From Erysipelotrichia bacterium (GTDB lineage Bacteria; Muiribacteriota; Ozemobacteria; Ozemobacterales; Ozemobacteraceae): 18,086 nt of DNA. The notes beneath the pieces are model-generated. The model had not been told where the DNA came from. It searched no databases and saw only the letters and a list, made by a program, of their open reading frames with translations. The stretch spans positions 1 through 18,086 of the forward strand of contig SABV01000052.1 of the NCBI GenBank assembly GCA_009928855.1. Reading direction: 5' to 3'. Position numbers and translations under genes: made by a program. Shown here in pieces: positions 1 to 6,093 of the stretch (positions within the stretch are counted from its first letter, which is position 1; each line of letters starts with the position of its first letter).

Positions 1-37
1 AATTAAAGATCTTCCCGAATTCAAGCTGATTGCCCTG

Positions 38-433
38 ATGAAGAATACCGCCATGCAAACTGCTCCAGCCTGGAAACTCGGAAAAGTCATGGGCTACTGG
101 AGCGAAATTCTGTCAGAAGAACTCGTTCGCAACTTTGAGCATCTGAATGCAACAGAGCCTGGCAAACAGCTCATGTCTGAGCTTGAAAGCGTTAGAGACC
201 AGATTTTTATAAGTATCGAAGACAACTATTTTTCAAGTCCCTATGCTAATGAGAAAATAATCAAAGAAATCTGGTTCTATGACAACGATTATTCGCGTGA
301 AGTTATCAGAACAATCCGTGATTACCACCATCTGGCAACCAACGATGAAGATATGAGCAGAATTCTGGCTGCGATCAAAGCCATTAATGGCGAACCACGC
401 AAAAAATCTTTGCTGGCAGTCATTCGTTCATAA
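38..433 (+). CDS. hypothetical protein, probably 5'-truncated by the window edge (frame open back to nt 2)
   Basis: 131-codon ORF ending in a stop at 431-433. There is no Shine-Dalgarno before ATG38 and the frame stays open to position 2, so the real start is probably upstream of the window. I recognise no catalytic or structural motif in the translation. A co-directional small membrane-protein ORF follows after 18 nt. Confidence 0.45.
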   Translation: MKNTAMQTAPAWKLGKVMGYWSEILSEELVRNFEHLNATEPGKQLMSELESVRDQIFISIEDNYFSSPYANEKIIKEIWFYDNDYSREVIRTIRDYHHLATNDEDMSRILAAIKAINGEPRKKSLLAVIRS

Positions 434-451
434 AAGCAGAGGGGCAATAAC

Positions 452-676
452 ATGTGGATAGTCATCCTCAACTTTTGCCTCTTTATATTGCTGCTCGGCT
501 TCTTTTTTCATGGAATCAGGCAGTGGTCGGGTCTGATTGTCAATTATGAAGACAGCGAAGAACCAGATCACAACATTACCGATGGCAAGTATAATCGCCT
601 GCCCATCTGGATATTTATCATCGGCGCAGGTTTATATTCGCTTGCCGGCAGCCTGTTAAACTGGATCGGCTTTTAA
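452..676 (+). CDS. small (74 aa) two-helix membrane protein, hypothetical
   Basis: ATG452 is preceded by GAGGGG about 8 nt upstream. Two hydrophobic segments (IVILNFCLFILLLGFFF and IWIFIIGAGLYSLAGSLL) are separated by an acidic loop. Its stop codon directly abuts the stop of the convergent CCC transporter gene. Confidence 0.4.
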   Translation: MWIVILNFCLFILLLGFFFHGIRQWSGLIVNYEDSEEPDHNITDGKYNRLPIWIFIIGAGLYSLAGSLLNWIGF

Positions 677-2917
677 TCAGTGTTTTAGATAATCTTTGCC
701 TTCGGATGAATGTATCAGCAAAGTTGTCGGCAATGTCGACAGCATTTTTGCATAAGTCTCAAACCAGGCCACCTCTGCGCCGGCATCAGGCAATTCAAAA
801 CCAAGAAAAACGCAGTCGGCATCAACAGAGTTCTGGTGCAGGATTTCAGCAAAACTTCGGTCAGAAACAACTACATCAGCTTCAGCGTCCACCCTGGCAG
901 ATTTAATCAGCTCCTTGAGGGCATCGAGAGAAGACTGGCGACCCGCCTCATTTTCTACAACGCGCTTCAAAACAATCTTTGCGCCGCTCCACTCCCAGTT
1001 ATGAGTAAGCAGATGAGCCATCAGTATCATCAGGGGACCGTTTTTATGGCCTCGCCACCACAGGTCTATACGCTTGTTTTCTTTTGCCAGAGACAGCAGA
1101 CCTTTGTCATAGACGAGAATCTGACTGATATTCAGCGAAGTTGCTTCTCGCATGTATGAAATATATTTGTGAGGATCACGCAAATCACCCATCCAGCCGC
1201 ATACAAATATGTTTGGTCGCAGGGGGCCGTAAGCGGAGCCTCTCAATAAGATCTTCACGCCCTCCATGATGTCTTCTGCAACCACAACCTGAGAAAAGGC
1301 CTGAATATTATTCTCTTCAAGAAATACGTCGAGCTGCTGCACTGCTGCAGATCTTTTTGCGGTCAGTTCTGGCATATGCCCCTTGAGAATGTTCGCAAGC
1401 ACGACAATACCCCTGCCGGCATTAAGCCAGACAGCGTAAGTAACAAGAGTTTCGCGCGACTTTGGATTTCCGCTCAGAGTAAGAATTGAAGGGCGCCAGT
1501 TACGAGTATCATCTGGCAAGGTCTGCAAAGAAAAAAGATTTTCTTTGATTCTGCTGTAGAGGTAGCCGCGCCTTGCATCGCCAAAAGACATTACCATTTC
1601 GCGCTGGCGCAGATACCAGACCAGTATACCAACTGCGACAAGGGCGATCGAAGCAGCTTTATAATCGATCAGCATTGCTGAACCGAAGCTGCCAATTACT
1701 CCGAGCAATGCCAGAGACCAGTGAAAAAACTTAAAACGCGGACGAAAAGATGGGTTTTCTGAATATGCCTCTATAAAAGCAGCCAGATTCAGAAGGCCAA
1801 AGGTATAAAGAAAAAACATACCCATAATGGCCGCCATAGAATTCAAAAACTCGCCGCCAGAGCCATCTCCGCCCAGCCACAAAAGAATCAGGGTTGTCAC
1901 AGCGCAAAAATACAACCCCATGCGTGGTTCATCGCCGGGGCCATATCCGCGCGCAAAAGGTTTTAAAAAAGGAATGATTTCGTCACGCGCGATAGCCTGT
2001 AATACGCGAGGCGCCCCGACAAAACGACCAAGAGCGCTTGAAAGGGTCGCGGCATAAACACCTGCCGCCACCATAAAACCAGCCCCAAATAGTGCATTAT
2101 CAACCATTACCTTAAAGGGTGTTGCAATAAGCGCTTCACGGGCAAAGCCACCACCATAAAATATGATCTGCAAAAAATACACGATGGTAGCAACCAGCAG
2201 GGCATACAAAGTTCCCCTGGTCATGTTTTCGCCGGGATTTTCGAGATCACCTGACATGTTTATGCCTGCAATAAAACCTGTCACCGACGGGAAGTAAATG
2301 GCAAAAAGAGCCCAGAACCCGGTTTTACCTGATGCCCCGGCCACAGGAATAAAATTTTCGATAAAATGTTCGTGGGTAAAGCTGTTGTAGGCGCCGCCAA
2401 GAAAAACGACAATAGAGGTAAACAAAACCACCATAATAAAATATTGGGTTTTTATAGCCCAGTCCGCGCCGACATGAGCAACAAAAAACAGTATCAGCGC
2501 GGCTCCCATGCCAACATGAAGAAAATATGGCGCAAGAGGCGGATAAGCCTTGGTAACCGATTCTGCAAAACCAAGCAGATAAAACGAAATAGAAACAACC
2601 TGCGCCAGAAATAGTGCCAGGCCGATCGCACCGCCGAACTCCGCCCCCAACACCCGCGACACCATAAAATAAGCGCCACCACCCTTAATGGGCATGTTGG
2701 TAGAAATTGCCCCAACCGACAAGGTTGTCAGCAATGTAATGAACTGCGAAAGCAGCAGAATCAGAATTGCGTTGGCAATACCGGCCTCGCCAATGACATA
2801 GTTGGCGCGCATAAACATGATAACGCCAAAAATAGTCAGAATACTTGGCGTAAAAACACCGGCAAAAGTGCCAAATTTTACAGCTTTGACTTTGCCGGCA
2901 CAATTAGCATTCAACAT
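677..2917 (-). CDS. cation-chloride cotransporter (SLC12/CCC family, APC superfamily) homolog, 746 aa with long cytoplasmic C-terminal domain
   Basis: The translation contains [22 protein letters not shown] and [31 protein letters not shown]. These closely parallel the TM1 and TM3 signature blocks of NKCC/KCC transporters ([22 protein letters not shown]). A roughly 12-TM core is followed by a soluble C-terminal domain of about 300 aa, as in CCCs. I place the start at ATG (end 2917) because GGAGAG lies 8 nt upstream. The longer ORF-track start at 3070 adds a Cys-rich nonsense N-terminus. Confidence 0.8.
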   Translation of the reverse strand: [746 protein letters not shown]

Positions 2918-3119
2918 GTATAATTCTCTCCGCCAGAATCCTTTACAGGAGGGTAACATGCCGCAAGAGCAACCGCAACCGAAGCAGACAAAAAACATGC
3001 TGTTTATAGGGTATTGGAAAATAAGCAAATTTGCATTATTCTGTAAGAGGTAGACAGTCTTGATCTTCACCGGTCAAAAAGCGAGTCTTTTTGGCGTTTT
3101 ATCAACAAGGAGAGAGGCA

Positions 3120-4019
3120 TTGGAACAAGAAAACACCACCAGAAAATTCAAAACATTCCCTAATCTCAAAGCAGAAAGCTTTCAGCACCCATGGGATCGT
3201 CAGGCAATCTCAGCGTTGCAGGCAATTCCCGGGTTCGAGTTTCTCGTTAAAAAATTGATGGAAATTGGCTTCGAGCAATTTTTTCGCATTACCAACCTGG
3301 CAAGTAATATTCATGTTAAAGGCAAAATGCTTCCACGACTGCGCGAAAGCCTGCGTTACGCAACCCGCATTCTCGACATGGCTGAGCCTGAGCTCTACAT
3401 CACAACGCACCCTCTCCCCAATGCTTTCACCTATGGCGAAACCCGACCATTCATCGTCTTAACATCGGGCCTGATCGAAGCCATGGACGAAGAAGAAATG
3501 TTTTTTGTTCTGGCACACGAGCTTGGGCACATTAAATGCGGGCATGTTCTCTACAAAACCATGGCCAGAAATTTCAAAATGGTGCTCGACATAGCGGCAG
3601 GGGCAACTTTTGGCATGTCGGCTCTTATCAGCACCGGCCTTGAAATGGCAATGTTCGACTGGGAAAGAAAATCAGAGCTTTCTGCCGACCGCGCCGGCAT
3701 GATCTGCGTACAGAACCAGCATATCGCTAACAGAGCCTTCATGAAAATGGCCGCTGCCTCACCGAAACTCTATGCCGAGATGGACGAGGGTGAATTTCTG
3801 CGACAGATCCGCTCCTATGAAGACGCTGCCGATGAATCATTTATCAACAAGACTTACACAGCGCTGCTGACCTCGCGCATGACACACCCGTTTCTTATAA
3901 TGCGTGCAAAACAACTCGACTCATGGATACAGGGCGGAGGTTTCTCTGACCTTACAGGCATTGATCCGATGGATGCCAGAGCCGAAAACGGTGAGTTTAT
4001 CGAGACAACAGGGCAATAA
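3120..4019 (+). CDS. M48-family zinc metallopeptidase (HtpX/Ste24-like catalytic domain, no obvious TM segments)
   Basis: HELGHIKCGH (HEXXH) is followed about 60 residues later by KSELSADRAG (third-ligand Glu in the E-x-x-A-D-R motif), the M48 signature. The ORF track starts at TTG3060. I prefer TTG3120 because AAGGAGAG (3107-3114) lies 5 nt upstream. No in-frame ATG lies upstream of the conserved N-terminal region. Confidence 0.75.
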   Translation: MEQENTTRKFKTFPNLKAESFQHPWDRQAISALQAIPGFEFLVKKLMEIGFEQFFRITNLASNIHVKGKMLPRLRESLRYATRILDMAEPELYITTHPLPNAFTYGETRPFIVLTSGLIEAMDEEEMFFVLAHELGHIKCGHVLYKTMARNFKMVLDIAAGATFGMSALISTGLEMAMFDWERKSELSADRAGMICVQNQHIANRAFMKMAAASPKLYAEMDEGEFLRQIRSYEDAADESFINKTYTALLTSRMTHPFLIMRAKQLDSWIQGGGFSDLTGIDPMDARAENGEFIETTGQ

Positions 4020-4575
4020 TTTCGGGATGATTCTGCGAAACGGCCAGATCGAAAGCGGTCTGGCCGTTTTCGCTTTTTATTGCCATATCAGCGCCAGCGC
4101 CAAGAAGATCTTTAACCACTTCAGTATGGCCCTGTTGCGCAGCAAGATGCAATGGGGTCCAGCCATCACTGTCGAGCTTGTTCACCTCTGCTCCTATTTT
4201 CAGCAATTCTCTGACGATAGGCAAACAGCCTCGAAAAGCAGCCCAATGCAAAGCAGTCCAACCATCTCGTTCTGTGAGCTTAAAATCTGCGCCATGAACA
4301 ATCAGCATTGAAAAAGTTTCGGGCTGTTCACGGGCCGCGGCCAGATGAAGTGGAGTTACTCCATCAACGTTTAAAGCATCGACAGTAGCCCCGGCAGCCA
4401 GCAACGCCGCAGTAACCTCTTTCATGCCCAGTTTTGCCGCCAGATGCAACGGTGAGATACCCGTCTCATCGACAACCTGAAAATTTTCGCCGGCATTAAC
4501 AAGATTTAATGCCAGTTGTGCATTTTTATCATTCAAAGCCTTAAGAAGAATATTTTCAGAGCCCACCGTCTTCAC
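3997..4575 (-). CDS. ankyrin-repeat protein (about 5 ANK repeats, 192 aa, no signal peptide)
   Basis: Repeated G-TPLHLAA-G-----LL-GA--N units occur 4-5 times (ISPLHLAAKLG, VTPLHLAAARE, WTALHWAAFRG, WTPLHLAAQQG, QTAFDLAVSQN). The start codon is GTG (4573-4575) and may instead be the second GTG 9 nt downstream. The 3' end overlaps the convergent M48 gene by 23 nt. Confidence 0.8.
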   Translation of the reverse strand: MKTVGSENILLKALNDKNAQLALNLVNAGENFQVVDETGISPLHLAAKLGMKEVTAALLAAGATVDALNVDGVTPLHLAAAREQPETFSMLIVHGADFKLTERDGWTALHWAAFRGCLPIVRELLKIGAEVNKLDSDGWTPLHLAAQQGHTEVVKDLLGAGADMAIKSENGQTAFDLAVSQNHPEIIALLSR

Positions 4576-4702
4576 CCCGCAAATATATATTTTGCCACTA
4601 TCTATCTCATGATTTCAGATCAATGCAATCAAAAATTGAAGCAGCATAAGAAGAGAATTTACAATAAAAAATTCTGATTATTCCAGAAAACTTTACAGAT
4701 TA

Positions 4703-4731
4703 TTGATATAACAACTTAAAATCATTATACT
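4703..4731 (+). promoter_or_regulatory. candidate sigma70-type promoter for the SPFH gene (TTGATA - 17 nt - TATACT)
   Basis: A near-consensus -35 TTGATA (4703-4708) and -10 TATACT (4726-4731) with a 17-nt spacer sit inside a 208-bp AT-rich divergent intergenic region, about 50 nt upstream of ATG4784. This is sequence inspection only. Confidence 0.35.
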
Positions 4732-4743
4732 AAATACTGTTAT

Positions 4744-4761
4744 CTATTAATTCTATTAATT
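4744..4761. repeat. tandem direct repeat CTATTAATT x2 in the 5' leader of the SPFH gene
   Basis: Two perfect copies of CTATTAATT lie head-to-tail between the predicted -10 and the GGGAGGAA Shine-Dalgarno. This is a possible regulator-binding site. Confidence 0.3.
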
Positions 4762-4783
4762 TTACAATTCACGGGAGGAACAA

Positions 4784-5944
4784 ATGGGCTTTTTTGCAAA
4801 TCAGACTCGCTCAGTAATCGAATGGAAAGACGCAGATCCTGATCTTCTTATCTGGCGCTGGAACGGCACTAATGACGAGCTGAAAAACGCTTCCAAGCTC
4901 ATTATCAATCCGGGGCAGGCCGCAATATTTATTTATGAAGGGCAAATTCGCGCAATTCATGATTATCCCGGCATGTTTGAGCTCAAAACAGCAAACATTC
5001 CCTTCATAACCACGCTTACTAAAATCATGCAGAACTTCACTTCTGAGCACAAGGCAAATGTGTATTTCGTCAGAATCACCGAGTTCGTCAACCAGAAATG
5101 GGGAACCAAAGCTCCGGTTAAGTACACTGACCCGGTCTACAAATTTCCCGTGGGCATGAGAGCTTTCGGCAATTTTTCTTTCCATATCACCGACGTGCGC
5201 AAATTCTTCACTGAGTTTGCCAGCAACATAGAAGTTCTGCCCATCAGCGCCATCCGGAATGTAATTGTAGATCGCGCTCTGCAGCAGATGACCGACATTT
5301 TCGCAACAGCAGGTCTCAGTTACGCAGAAATAGACAAAAACCGCCTGGAACTCTCTCAGAAGCTCAGCGAAGCGATAGCTCCTGAATTTGCACCGCTCGG
5401 CTTTGAAATGTCAGACTTCAGAATCGAAAATACCGATTTCGACGAAAAAACCCAGGAACGCATCGACAAAATCTCTGATAAAATGGCTGACGCACACGCT
5501 ATCAATGCCATGGGTCAGATCAATACTCAGGGCCTGAACGCTTACGCCACTGTCGAAAAACTCAATGCCATGAACACCGCAGCGGCAAACCCCAACGGTA
5601 TGGCCGGTGTAGGAATGGGCATGGGCGCAGGCATGGGACTTGGCGCAGGCATGGGCATGACCGGCGGCATGATGGGCCAGCAGGCTGCACAACCGGTTGC
5701 TACAAGCATACCTTGCGGATCATGTGGCGCAGCAATGAACCAGAACGCAAAATTCTGCCCCGACTGTGGCAAACCCAACACCGCCGGACATGTTGCCTGT
5801 ATCGAATGTGGAGCCCAGATCAAGCAGGGTGCCAAATTTTGCCCTGACTGCGGCAAACCCCAGACAGCAAACTGCTCAAAATGCAACGCATCGATTCCTG
5901 GCGGCGTAAAATTCTGCCCCGACTGCGGCGAAAAGATTCAGTAA
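4784..5944 (+). CDS. SPFH/Band-7-like domain protein (Band_7_1-type) fused to Gly/Met-rich linker and three C-terminal zinc-ribbon motifs
   Basis: GGGAGGAA lies 6 nt upstream of the ATG. The N-terminal ~250 aa carry motifs I recall from the cytoplasmic SPFH Band_7_1 family (WRW..., NVYFVRITEFVNQKWGT). Next comes the low-complexity stretch NPNGMAGVGMGMGAGMGLGAGMGMTGGMMG. The C-terminus has three repeats of CxxC-x(8-10)-KFCPDCG (CGSC...CPDC, CIEC...CPDC, CSKC...CPDC). A rho-independent terminator follows. Confidence 0.8.
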   Translation: MGFFANQTRSVIEWKDADPDLLIWRWNGTNDELKNASKLIINPGQAAIFIYEGQIRAIHDYPGMFELKTANIPFITTLTKIMQNFTSEHKANVYFVRITEFVNQKWGTKAPVKYTDPVYKFPVGMRAFGNFSFHITDVRKFFTEFASNIEVLPISAIRNVIVDRALQQMTDIFATAGLSYAEIDKNRLELSQKLSEAIAPEFAPLGFEMSDFRIENTDFDEKTQERIDKISDKMADAHAINAMGQINTQGLNAYATVEKLNAMNTAAANPNGMAGVGMGMGAGMGLGAGMGMTGGMMGQQAAQPVATSIPCGSCGAAMNQNAKFCPDCGKPNTAGHVACIECGAQIKQGAKFCPDCGKPQTANCSKCNASIPGGVKFCPDCGEKIQ

Positions 5945-5980
5945 TTCTCGAATAAAAAACGTATTAAGTTAAGTTGCCTT

Positions 5981-6007
5981 AAGTCCGCCATTTTGGGCGG
6001 ACTTTTT
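5981..6007 (+). terminator. rho-independent terminator of the SPFH gene
   Basis: AAGTCCGCC-attttg-GGCGGACTT forms a 9-bp GC-rich stem. It is followed by TTTTT (6003-6007), 37 nt after the stop codon. Confidence 0.6.
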
Positions 6008-6035
6008 GCATCAGAGCATATTTTTATCAAGTCAG

Positions 6036-6073
6036 AAAAAAAACGGGCCGCCTCACACACTGAGGCAGCCCGT
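6036..6073 (-). terminator. rho-independent terminator of the outer-membrane protein gene (minus strand)
   Basis: On the minus strand, ACGGGCTGCCTCA-gtgtg-TGAGGCGGCCCGT forms a 13-bp stem with one mismatch. It is followed by a U8 run (the plus-strand A-run at 6036-6043), about 20-60 nt downstream of the stop at 6094. It is convergent with the terminator at 5981-6007. Confidence 0.6.
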
Positions 6074-6093
6074 CTTCAACAACAGTAATATTT

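Noticed and set aside
2918-3070. ORF-track N-terminal extension of the transporter ORF to 3070 (MKIKTVYLLQ...CFGCGCSCG...)
   Set aside because: The extension translates to a Cys-rich, non-membrane sequence with no Shine-Dalgarno. The internal ATG (end 2917) has GGAGAG 8 nt upstream and begins exactly at the conserved CCC N-terminal block. The region is better explained as the divergent intergenic region.
4573-4575. Ankyrin gene exact start
   Set aside because: Not rejected as a gene. GTG4575 has only a GGG immediately adjacent, while the second in-frame GTG (end 4566) has GGGGTGA about 9 nt upstream. The true start may be 9 nt shorter and cannot be resolved without data.
5749-5930. Three ~27-bp near-identical direct repeats (AAATTCTGCCCCGACTGTGGCAAACCC-like), spaced 60-85 bp apart, checked as a possible CRISPR or mini-array
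   Set aside because: The repeats are in frame and encode the KFCPDCGKP zinc-ribbon knuckles of the SPFH protein. Spacing is irregular and there is no leader or cas gene, so these are protein-level domain repeats.
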